Notes under the pieces: generated by a model
Told to the model about the DNA's origin: nothing
Databases searched by the model: none
Seen by the model: the letters and a program-made list of their open reading frames with translations, nothing else
In this document: piece by piece, positions 1 through 11,250 of the stretch
Layout of the letters: the number at the start of each line of letters is the position of its first letter
Position numbering within the stretch: position 1 is the first letter of the stretch
Made by a program: the position numbers and the translations under genes
Source of the DNA: Malacoraja senta
Taxonomy: Eukaryota
DNA: 64,000 nucleotides
Assembly: GCA_038087875.1 (NCBI GenBank)
Contig: CM075994.1
Coordinates: 8,744,001 to 8,808,000 of the forward strand
Direction of reading: 5' to 3'

Positions 1-852
1 TAGCAAGGTATGGTATGGACGTAGAGAAAAAAAGACAAGACATCAGAACTCCAAGTACTCACGGAACCGAGCAGTTGTCAATGGGAACTTCCAATTGACT
101 TTTTAATTAAAAAAAACTTACAAGAATATAAATAAGCTTAAAGTATGCAAAGGTTTTATCGTCAGATCGCAGTGCGCTAAGTGTTATTTGGCTGCTGCGC
201 TCAGCACAGCCAACATTTAGTTGTCACTGGGTTACTTTGGCAGGTCGGGAGACAGCTGGAATAAAGTTAAAATACTCACAACTTGCCATCTTCCAGCATC
301 AGAGGAAGAGCATCTTTTAACAGCATTACTTAAGAGCATAGCTTCTCAAAATAACCTGCTGTTAAAAATCGTTTTTGAGTAGGTGAATCGAGGACCAGGG
401 GACATAGGTTTAAGATGAAGGGGAAGAGATTTAATAGGAATCTGAGGGGTAGCTTTTTCACACAAAGCATGGTGGGTGTATGGAAAGAGCTGCTAGAGGA
501 GGTAGACAAAAATGCTGGAGAAACTCAGCGGGTGAGGCAGCATCTATGGAGCGAAGGAATAGGTGATGTTTCGGATCGAAACCCTTGTTCAGGAGGAGGC
601 AGTTGAGGCTGGGACTATCCCAAAGTTTAAGAAACAGTTAGACAGGTACACGGATAGGACAGGTTTGGATATGAACCAATCTCGGACAGGTGGGACTAGT
701 GTAGCTGGGACATGTTGGCCGATGTGGGCAAGTTGGGCCAAATGGCCTGTTTCCACGCTGTATCACTCTATGGCTCTAAGTGGTAGCATAGTTGTAACAT
801 TGCAGTTAATAACAATAGTGAGATCCCATCAATGGTAATGAAACTGCTGTCA

Positions 853-1302
853 TATGGGACTGTCATATGCTGAGAGAATGGAGCAGCTGGGCTTGTATAC
901 TCTGGAGTTTAGAAGGATGAGAGGGAATCTTATTGAAACATATAAGATTATTAAGGACTTGGACACGCTGGAGGCAGGAAACAGGTTCCCGATGTTGGGG
1001 GAGTCCAGAACCAGGGGCCACAGTTTATGAATAAGGGGTAAGCCATTTAGAACAGAGACGAGGAAACACTTTTTCTCACAGAGTGTCGTGAATCTGTGGA
1101 ATTCTCTGCCTCAGAGGACGTTTCTCTGGATGCTTTCAAGAGAGAGCTAGATAGCGCTCTTAAAGATAGCGGAGTCAGGGGATATGGGGAGAAGGCAGGA
1201 ACGGGGTACTGATTGGGGATGATCAGCCATGATCACATTGAATGGCAGTGCTGGCTCGAAGGGCCGAATGGCCTGCTCCTGCACCTATTGTCTATTGTCT
1301 AT
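853..1302 (+). mobile_element. CR1/HER1-type LINE 3' fragment; similar pieces at ~6185-6582, 8270-8480, 9205-9455, 20468-21438, 26874-27335, 58850-59582, 60895-61322
   Basis: GESRTRGHSLRI…FFTQRVV.LWNSLP motif and (TATTGTC)n tail. Confidence 0.9.
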
Positions 1303-2436
1303 AAGGCACCAGAATTGACACAAACTTTGAATCAGTAGCAAAGGCTTCCAAACATGGAACTAGTGCGAGAACGGGTGATTGAAGGTCAGCATGGACTCAG
1401 TGAGCTGAAGGGTTAGTTTCCATGTTGTGCCTGTAAACTAAACCAAACACAATAGACAACAGGTGCAGGAGTAGGCCATTCGGCATATCCCCTGACTCCA
1501 CTATCTTTAAGAGCCCTATCTAGCTCTCTCTTGAAAGCATCCAGAGAACCGGCCTCCACCGCCCTCTGAGGCAGAGAATTCCACAAACACGTGCTTGGAT
1601 TGCAAAGAATCAGAGCAGTGGCCAAACTGCTTGGCTCTGGTGCGGCAATTAGCTTGGGGGAATTCTGGAGACCTTCCCAAAACACAAAAAGAAACCCAAC
1701 CAAACCCGTTCCACCCCATTTGTTCAGTGCCAAACATAGAAACGATAGACCCTGCTCGAAGGCTCAGTGGTACGCTGGTCTCTCCATCCATCACAGGCAC
1801 ATTTAGACAGGTACATGGATAGGATAGGTTTAAGGTAGACAAAATTGCTGGAGAAACTCAGCGGGTGCGGCAGCATCTATAAAAGCAGACAAAGAGATGC
1901 TGCCGCACCCGCTGAGTTTCTCCAGCAATTTTGTCTACCTTCGATTTTCCAGCATCTGCAGTTCCTTCTTGAACGATAGGATAGGTTTAGGAGGGTATGG
2001 GCCAAACGCAGGCAGGTGGGACTAGTGTAGATGGGGCATGTTGGTCGGCGTGGGCAAGTTGGGCCGAAGGGCCCCGTTTCCACACGGTATAACTCATCAG
2101 GGTAAATAGCTCATAAGAACAGAGGAGACATTTGAGTCTGAAGAAGGGTCTCGACCCGAAATGTCACCTATTCCTTCGCTCCATAGATGCCGCCTCACCC
2201 GCTGAGTTTCTCCAGCATTTTTGTCTACCTTCGACTTTTCCAGCATCTGCAGTTCCTTCTTAAACTCTTAGGCATTTTTAATGTGGGCTTGAAGGTTCCA
2301 AGGATTGGAGAGATCATGGCCAAACACAGTTCATTGCCCACTGCCCACTTACCATGAAGGTGAACCTGGCAGCAGATTTGAAAATATGTAAGATATCGTC
2401 AACCATTTGAGAACATGCTAGCAATAATTTAATTAA

Positions 2437-3147
2437 AGGGCCTGTCCCACACTTAGGCGATTTTTCAGCGGACTGCCAGCGACTGTCAAGCTCGCGGCAC
2501 TTGCTGAAAAGCCGGGAAGTGGAACGGCGAGTGTCAAGAGTGGAACGCGCGCACACACAGCAAAGCGGAGCGCCGTCTGAAATTCACACGGTGCAAAGCC
2601 AAGGTGATACAGACATACCGCGATGAACAGGAAGGTTAAGACGGCTGGCACAGGTAAGTCCTTTAAAAGAGCGGGGAGGGGGGGGGGGGGAAAACACTTT
2701 TAAGAAGCCAGACAACTTTTAAGAAGCCAGAGATACACAGCTGTGAAGTTTGGCAGGCATTTAACTTTACCGGTCAGTTTTCCTTGATTCTGAAAACTCG
2801 TGCTTACGCTTTCCCCCCCCCCCCAATGATCCAATAGAAATGCCCGGTCAGCAAAGGCGATTAACTAAAACTACCTACGACTACCTCGACTACCCACAAC
2901 TATATGGCGACCCCACTACAACTGCACCAACGACTACAGGATTATCGATTTTCTCCATGGCGACCAATTTTTGGTGGCAGAAAATTGTTGAACATTTTTC
3001 GGCGAACATACTGAGGTCGCGACTAGTTCCCAGAATGCGAGAACTCCTCGCGACCATGAAGGAGACCTACCAGAGACCACCAGCGAACATGTGGCGAGCG
3101 CAGTCTCCTGCACTCGCCTAAAAAGTCGCCTAAGTGGGACAGGCCCT
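2437..3147. mobile_element. PIF/Harbinger-type MITE
   Basis: TIR AGGGCCTGTCCCAC; TAA TSD. Confidence 0.8.
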
Positions 3148-3405
3148 TAAGTGCAACAAAGATAATGCTGGGAATCCGAAAACAAGACACAACAATGGAA
3201 ATACTCAGGCTGCCAGGAAACATCTGTGAAGAGAGAAACAGTTACGTTTCAGGATCATGATCTTTCCGTTATCTTTATACTGCAGGTTCCCAGTGTCTTA
3301 TGCAAAGCCTTTCAGCTTGTGTGCAAGATATCCAAAGATACTCGCATGACCAGTTGCATGCCGTGCTATCTATACGCCAGCAATTAACTTGCCACGACCA
3401 CGTGA

Positions 3406-3920
3406 CAGACACAAAATGCTGGAGTAACTCAGCGGGTGAGGCAGCATCTCTGGAGAGAAGGAATGGGCGACGTTTCGGGTCGAGACACTTCTTTAGACTG
3501 ATGATGTCAGGGGAGGGGGCGGTACAAAGATAGAATGTAGTCGGAGACAGTAAGACTAGTGGGAGAAGCGGGGAGCGGAAAGAAAGCAAGGGCTATCTGA
3601 AGTTAGAGAAGTCAATGTTCATACCGCTGGGGTGTAAGCTGCCCAAGCGAAATGCGAGGTGCTGTTCCTCCAATTTGCGCTGGGCCTCGCTCTGACAATG
3701 GAGGAGGCCCAGGACAGAAAGGTCAGATTGGGAATGGGAGGGGGAGATGAAGTGCTGAGCCACCGGGAGATCAGGTAGGTTAAGACGGACTGAGCGGAGG
3801 TGTTCAGCGAAACGATCACAGAGCCTGCGCTTGGTCTCGCCGATGTAGAGAAGTTGGCACCTGGAACAGCGGATACAGTAGATGAGGTTGGAGGAGGTGC
3901 AAGTGAACCTCTGCCTCACC
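3406..3920 (-). mobile_element. Penelope-like element fragment (GIY-YIG endonuclease + terminal repeat)
   Basis: IYCIRCSRCQLLYIGETKRRL.DRF.EH GIY-YIG motif. Confidence 0.88.
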
Positions 3921-4090
3921 AGGAACTCTGAACCACATGGTGCTTTGGAGACTTCTAAGCTTGAGAGTCAGAGTCATAGAGTGGAAACAGGACCTTCAAC
4001 CAAACTTGCCTACACTAGTCCCACCTGCCTGCTTTTGGCCCATATCCCTCTAAACCTGTCCTATCCATGAACCTGTCTAAATGTTTCTTA

Positions 4091-4281
4091 AGGGCCTGTC
4101 CCACTTAGACAACTCTTTCGGCGACTGCCAGGGACTAGTTTTAATGGAATTCACCTACGACACATGGCGACAATCTACAACAGCACCTACGTCAACAAAA
4201 ATTATCGCCACTGTCGCCGAAAATTTTGCAGCAGTCGCCTGGTCGGCCCCCCCCAAAAATCACCTAAGTGGGACAGGCCCT
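4091..4281. mobile_element. PIF/Harbinger-type MITE, short
   Basis: Same TIR; TTA TSD. Confidence 0.8.
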
Positions 4282-4420
4282 TTAAACGTTGCGATAGTAC
4301 TTGATAAACGTTGAGAGTATTTGAAGTTTTTTTTTGAGAATTACTGATACAATTAAAAAACACATACTATTGTGTCCACAACTTGACGCTACCTTCCTAT
4401 TGTATTGCAGCATCACATAC

Positions 4421-4589
4421 CGGAATGTGTGGTATTCCAGATCCGAGTTCCCAGGTCAGTCGTATTACTCTGACCCTTGGTGCTTTCGTCCGACTTGCTG
4501 GTGGAGAGCGTCACCTTCTTCGATTGCTTCTTGGGGAAACCAGGCAAGGAAGCTTGCAGAGTGTCCATCCCACAGATTTTAACTGCCTT
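4421..4589 (-). CDS. PRRC2A: PRRC2A coding exon (KAVKICG…LPGFPKKQ…LGTRIWNTTHS)
   Basis: ctcgccag acceptor, G|GTATGT donor; 169 nt, phase 0 to 1; resembles family LPPRFAKKQ and LGTxIW motifs. Confidence 0.75.
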
Positions 4590-4686
4590 CTGGCGAGTAA
4601 ACAGCATTGTTGTGTTACAGATGCCACACACACACACCGTCCCAAGACACGAACCATTCCATGTGCTCTGAGGCTGCAGCTCTGCT

Positions 4687-5076
4687 CAAAGATCCTATAG
4701 CGGAGCATGATAGATCACTCCTGCTAAATGCAATGGGCTGACGTGTAGTACGCAACGGAACGGAATGTGGGCCTTTTTTTCATCCATTTCCGTAACCCGA
4801 CCCGACCCGCAGTGTAATCAACGTTGCCGGGGAACAGTTTGTGTTAATAAATTAAAATTCCGAAAATGAGGAGAAGATTTTTCCCAAGTAACTTTTATTT
4901 TTAAGAGGATGTTTCCGTAACCGGCTTCCGTCTCCGCACTATTAACCTATGGGTTCTTTGGTGCGGAGACGGAAGCCGGTTACGGAAATGGGGCTTTAAA
5001 TTACCCATGAATCTGCCCATGACCGTACTACGTCTTTTTCGTTGAGTGGACTATCTTGCTCGCTATAGGATCTTTG
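4687..5076. mobile_element. hAT-like MITE with internal hairpin
   Basis: TIR CAAAGATCCTATAGCG; 8-bp TSD gctctgct/gttctgct. Confidence 0.8.
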
Positions 5077-6939
5077 GTTCTGCTGGCCCTGTTGCACAAT
5101 CAGTTCCAGCACCACCTTCAGTCTCAGTTGTCAAGCATGGTTCGTACTTTAGACTAGCGCTTCTCAACCTTTTAACCCCGGTGGAACCCTTGAAATAACT
5201 TTCATGTCTCAGGGAACCCCTACATAAAAATTGTTATTTATCATTATTAATCTTTCTTTCTCTTTCATAAACTTAAATTCCGTAAGGCAAACATATAATA
5301 TTTTTCTGATAACTGGTTTGAGCAAAAAAATAGCGCATGTTTTTCTCAAGTTTATTGACAATGCAAAAAACTGAAATCAAAACCAGCATCTGCAGTTCCT
5401 TCTATTCACCACCGGAAATTGGAGGAGCAGCACCAGCAGTCTGCACCCTAGCGGCATAAACATTGAATTCTCCAATTTCCGGTAGCCCTTGCTGTCTCCT
5501 CCCCTTCTCAGCTCTCACTCAGCCCTCGGGCTCCTCCTCTTCCTTTTTCCTTTCTTCTCCCCGTCCCTCCCCCCAACCTACATCAGTCTGAAGAAAGGTT
5601 TCGGCCCGAAACATTGCCTATTTCCTTCGCTCCATAGATGCTGCTGCACCCGCTGAGTTTCTCCAGCACTTTTGTCTACCTTCCTTCTTAAACATGTTCT
5701 CTCTGGGTTTGTTTACTGATGTAAATCAGCTTACTAGGGACAGGCAGCATCTCTAGATTGAAGGAACGGGTGACGTTTCAGGCCAAGACCCTTCTTCAGA
5801 CTGAGGGGAGAGGAAGACACAGATAAGGAAGATGTCTAAACGAGACCTCAAAAGAGATGCAGATTGAGATGAAGATAAAGAGAGAAGAGATCCCCGCACA
5901 TTAACACCATCCTACACACACTCGGGACAATTTACTTTTATAGCGAGCAAATTCATCTACAAACCTGTACGTCTCGAGTGTGGGAGGAAACCGCAGCACC
6001 CTGAGAAAACGTACAAACTCCATACAGACAGCACCCACCCGTAGTCGGGATCGAACCCGGGTCTCCGGCGCTGCAAGGCAGCAACTCTACCGCGACACCA
6101 CTGTGTCGCCCTTTACTCCAGCATTTCGTGTCTATCTTCGGTGCAAACCCGCATCTGCGGTTCCTTCCAACATAAACGGTCAAATGCTGAGAGAATGGAG
6201 CAGCTGGGCTTGTACACTCTGGAGTTTAGAACGATGAGAGGGGATATTATTGAAACATACAAGATTGTTAAGGGTTTGGACAAGCTAGAGGCAGGAAACA
6301 TGTTCCCGATGTTGGGGGAGTCCAGAACCAGGGGCCACACAGTTTAAGAATAAGGAGAAAGCCATTTAGAACGGAGACGAGGAAACATTTTTTCTCACAG
6401 AGAGTTGTGAGTCTGTGGAATTCTCTGCCTCAGAGGGCGGTTCTCTGGATACTTTCAAGAGGGAGCTGGATAGGGCTGATTGTGGATGATCAGCCATGAT
6501 CACATTGAATGGTGGTCGGTGCTGGCTCGAAAGGCCGAAAGGCCTACTCCTGCACCTATTGTATATTGTTTATTGTCTATTGTTTGGGGTCGAGATGCAT
6601 CTTCAGACTTAAGAAGTATTCGGGCCTTCAGTCTGAAGAAGGGTGTCGACCCGAAACGCCGCCCATTCCTTCTCTCCAGAGATGCCACCTGAGTGACTCC
6701 AGCATGTTGTGTCTATCTTCGGTATGAACCAGCATCTGCAGTTCCTTCCTCATTTGCACTCTTGAAATAACAACTTACATGAAAGGACTCGGTCAGCGGA
6801 ATTATAATGCAACATTGAAAATGATTAATTTTGAATTAGCTTCAATTGAGGATGTTTCCACGTGACTCAGTGTGTACAAATATAGCAGGGACGATTAACC
6901 TATTGTCTATTGTCTATAAACCAGCGCGCTGTCGTTTAC

Positions 6940-7088
6940 CTGAAGCAGGTGCTCCTCTTTTTTGCGGCGCTCGTCATCCATGATTCTCCTCTGCCGCTTG
7001 GAAATAACTCGGGTGAAGCCATCGTTCATGGGGGATATGGTGGCGTCGTCCGCAGAGACCGTCGGGTGATCATCAATGATCACCACAC
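6940..7088 (-). CDS. PRRC2A: PRRC2A coding exon (GVVIIDDHP…DGFTRVISKRQRRIMDDERRKKEEHLLQ)
   Basis: PRRC2-family VVIIDDHP/DGFTxVxSK/ERRKKEE motif; ctgcag acceptor, GTAAAC donor; 149 nt, phase 1 to 0. Confidence 0.9.
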
Positions 7089-9617
7089 CTGCAGCGCGGA
7101 GGAAAGAACGGTGAGACGAGAAGCAAAACAAACAGTACTGCAGATGTTGCAAATCTGAAACAAAAAAAAAACCACCAGAAAATCCTGGGAACCCTCAGCA
7201 TGTGTGGAGAGAGAGAAAAAAACCAAGTCCCTTCGTCACCTCTCAAACACGTTTCTGATGAAAGGTCATTAAACAAATTTAATTTCCTCTTCCCACAGAT
7301 GCAGCTCAACCTGATGAGTTGATAAGTTCACAAATTCACACGTCATAGGAGCAGAATTGGGCTATTCAGGCCATTGAGTCTACTCCACTATTCAATCGTG
7401 GCTCAACCCCATTTTCTTGCATTCTCCCTATAACCCTGGATACTGCTACCATTCAAGAATCTGTCAACCTCCGCCTGAAAAATAACCAATGTCGTGGCCT
7501 CCACAACCGCTTGCCGCAATCAATTCCACAAATTCCTCACCCTCCGACTAAAGAAATTCCTCCTCGTATCCTTTCTAAAGGTACATCTTTTTATTCTGAT
7601 GCGGTGCCCTCTGGTTTTAGACTCTCCCATTGGTAGATGCATACTCTCTACATCCACTGTATGCAGGCCTTTCACTCTATGGTAAGCTTCAAATAGGTGC
7701 CCCCTCATCCTTCTATACTCCAGCGAGTACAGGCCCAGTGCCGTCAAAAGGTCAAAATACGTTTACTCAATCAACCCACAGATAATTTTAGATCTGGCAT
7801 TTCTGTTTACCTGACAGGAACGCAATTGTTCCACAATCCCCCTGTACATGGCAGATTAATAATAGCACAGTGATTAAAATCCCATACACGACCCATCAAT
7901 TAGCCTTCTTAGGCCCGCCTCGGTCATGGCTGACCATAGGTGTCTCCAGGGTGCTATTCCCTATATGGAGGACGCCTGTGCGTGACTTTGTTCCACGTGG
8001 TTAACTCATGGCGCAGACAGCCACCCCATGGTCCTAGATCTGGGTCAAGACGACCGGAGACCCTTTTCTGCTGCAGCCTTCATCCGCCTTCCCAGCCGTT
8101 GTGATGCTCCACTAAGGCCAGCCATCGTCCTCCACCTGTTCCACCGTTGAGGGCTTGGTTGGATTGCTCTTTGTCAGAGACCCCCTCTCCCCCTTAACCA
8201 TACCACCTTGGGTGGCCCTACCAGGAGCGTGGCTGCAGACGGCAAGTTTCTCAGGATCTCAGGTCCTCAGGAATTCTCTGCTTCAGAGGGCGGTGGAGGA
8301 CGGTTCTCTGGATACTTTCAAGAGAGAGCTAGATAGGGCTCTTAAAGATAGCGGAGTCAGGTGATATGGGGAGAAGGCAGGAGCGGGGTACTGATTGGGG
8401 ATGATCAGCCATGATCACATTGAATGGCGGTGCTGGCTCGAAGGGCCGAATGGCCTACTCCTGCACTTATTGTCTATTGTCCACACATGCTTCTCCACCA
8501 CGACAAGGTGACAATCCACCACGACAAGGTGACAATCCACAGCCATCACGTGGGCATAGCCCTCTTTCAAACACTAAATGATAACCTCGACTAATATATC
8601 GAAGTGGTAGAGAAAGGGCGGCAAGAATATCTGACAGCATCGAAGCTTTATTCAATGTGTAGTGGACCCAGCTTTCCAAGTCAATGGGACTTCATGTATA
8701 AACAGTCTCACGCGCCCATACTAAAAAGGACTGAAGGGTCTCAACCCAAAACGTCACCCATTCCTTCTCTCCAGAGATGCTGCCTGTCCCGCTGAGTTAC
8801 ACCAGCAATTTTGTGTCTATCTTAGAACTGCATAGAAAGTGGTTTCCCCAACACCAGGCCAAAACAGCCTGCAACATTATCTATAGACTTGAAGGTAATT
8901 AAACTTAAACAAGGCACCTAATGGTTGTGGTGAAACAGTTCAGTTAATGGGACAACAGTAAACCGATACTCTCGACACGTTTGGGACTTTGGTGAAAATA
9001 TTTCCAGTGAGCGCAAGTCGAAAGGAACGCAGACACAAAGTGCTGGAGTAACTCAGCGGGTCAGGCAGCATCTCTGGAGAACGTGTGATAAGGTTCACTT
9101 CTTAATAAACAGACAACTCACAAAAACGTGAGGTAAACCAAGCTTTACTGATCATTAGCCGGCAGAAGTGACGGGGATACACCAGTCAAGTAAGCTACAG
9201 ACAATTAGAAACATAGAAAATAGGTGCAGGAGGCCATTCGGCCCTTCGATTCATTGCGATCATGGCTGATCGCCCCCCAAGCAATAACCCATGCCTGCCT
9301 TCTCCCCATATCCCTCGATTCCACTAGCCCCTAGAGCTCTATCTAACTCTCTCTTAAATCCATCCAGTGACTTGGCCTCCACTGCCCTCTGTGGCAGGGA
9401 ATTCCACAAATTCACAACTCTCTGGGTGAAAACTTTTTTTCTCACCTCAGTCTTGAATTCCCCATGCCACCATTTCAATGAACAAAGATTTGCATGGTGT
9501 TCTATACTGTGTGTGTGTCACTTAGTCACATTCCAAAGATATTAGTCATTGTCACAAGATGCAGCCAATATCCATCACTACAGGACAAGTCTGAGCTTGT
9601 CTCTTATCAATTAGTAG

Positions 9618-9766
9618 ACACATTTCAAAGGCATCTTATCAGTTGGTACTTCCAGGAGAAGACATTTCAAAGGCATCTGTCTCTTATCAGAAGATACTTT
9701 CGGGACAAGACATTTCAAAGGCATCTTATCAGTTGGTACTTCCAGCACAAGACATTTCAAAGGCAT
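9618..9766. repeat. Minisatellite, four copies of gacatttcaaaggcat at ~42-48-bp spacing
   Basis: Units start at 9618, 9661, 9709 and 9751. Confidence 0.8.
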
Positions 9767-9854
9767 TGGTCATTGTCTCAATATATATCACCCGAGGCAA
9801 GCCTGGGCTTGTCTCTCTCTCTTGGAATACAAGCTACAACCTAGTCAAGTAATT

Positions 9855-10144
9855 GAAACACTGCCCAGTCCATCATCGGCTCTGACCTCCCCTCCTACCA
9901 TCGAGGGGATCTATCGCAGTCACTGCCTCAAAAAGGGTGGCAGCATCATCAAGGACCCACACCATTCTGGCCACACACTCATCTCCCCGCTGCCTTCAGG
10001 TAGAAGGTACAGGAGCCTGAAATCTGCAACATCCAGGTTCAGGAACAGCAGCTTCCCCACAGCCATCAGACTATTAAACACAACTTCAAACAAACTCTGA
10101 CTATAACAGCTTATTGCACTTTATCTGTTTATTTATGTGTGTGC

Positions 10145-10180
<36 letters not shown>

Positions 10181-10320
10181 CATATTCAGTGGTATATGGT
10201 CACACTGATCTGTTCTGTATTATTTATGCCTACTATATTCTGTTGTGCTGAAGCAAAGCAAGAATTTCATTGTCCTATTTGGTACACATCACAATAAACT
10301 CTCTTGAATCTTGAATCTAT
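9855..10320 (+). mobile_element. Rex1/Babar-type LINE 3' fragment
   Basis: IIKDPHHSGH..ISPLPSGRRYRS…RFRNSSFPTAIRLLN. Confidence 0.7.
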
Positions 10321-10832
10321 TCCACCATGTATCTTTCATATATCTAAAAGCATTTAACCGTTTCACGTGGATAGGTGACATTTCAGGTTTGGGACCCTTC
10401 TTCAGGTTAATTGTGGAGGAGTGGGGGGATGAAATGAGAAGAAAGTTGGAAGAAAGAGGGGCAAGAAAAGTAAAGTAGGTAGGTGGCCTGAGTCACTCCA
10501 GCACTGCCTCTTTTTTGTAAACAAGCATCTGCCATTTCTTGTTTCCACAAGGAACAGAGGCCTGGTCAATATCAAGAAAACAGGCAATGAGACAGGAATC
10601 CTTTTAATGGGTGCTTTGAGAATCAGGGCTCTAGCAGGTTGAGAGTGAACCAGATGCAGAACCATCAGGATTTCCAAACAGTTGGATAGCAAATGACTGG
10701 AGTTTCACCGCAACTGAATTGTTCCACAAAGAACTGGTACGGCTGAACAACCGTTGCCACTTTAGAATTGCAGATCCCAGCTGGGATTATAACAAAATGA
10801 GAGTATAACAAAAGTGGCCTAGTGTGTTTGTA

Positions 10833-11250
10833 AGTAGACAAAAATGCTGGAGAAACTCAGCGGGTGAGGCAGCATCTATGGAGCGAAGGAATAGGTGACG
10901 TTTCGGGTCGCGACCCTTCTTCAGTCTGATGTGGAGGTGGGGGGTGGGAGAAGAAGAAATGAAGATGTGGAGATAGCGGGCTGTGGGAGAGCTGGGAAGG
11001 GGAGGGGAAGGAGGGAGAAAGCAGGGACTACCTGAAATTGGAGGTCAATGTTTCATACCGCTGGGGTGTAAACTGCCCAAGCGAAATATGAGGTGCTGCT
11101 CCTCCAATTTGCGGTGGGACTCACTCTGGCCATGGATGAGGCCCAGGACAGAAAGGTCGGATTCGGAATGGGAGGGGGAGTTGAAGTGCTGATCAGGTTG
11201 GTTAATGCGGACTGAGCGGAAGTGTTGGGCGAAGCCTGTGCTTGGTCTCA
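10833..11250 (-). mobile_element. Penelope-like fragment with intact hammerhead core (10897-10924)
   Basis: HFNSPSHS…RKLEEQHLIFRLGSLHPSG plus terminal repeat. Confidence 0.85.

Noticed and set aside
1..370. Splice-like signals and ATTAAA suggesting a terminal exon or snoRNA
   Set aside because: Stops in the frames tested, no homology, no convincing C/D or H/ACA boxes
3593..3919. GIY-YIG ORFs as host nuclease genes
   Set aside because: Multiple truncated copies joined to Penelope termini
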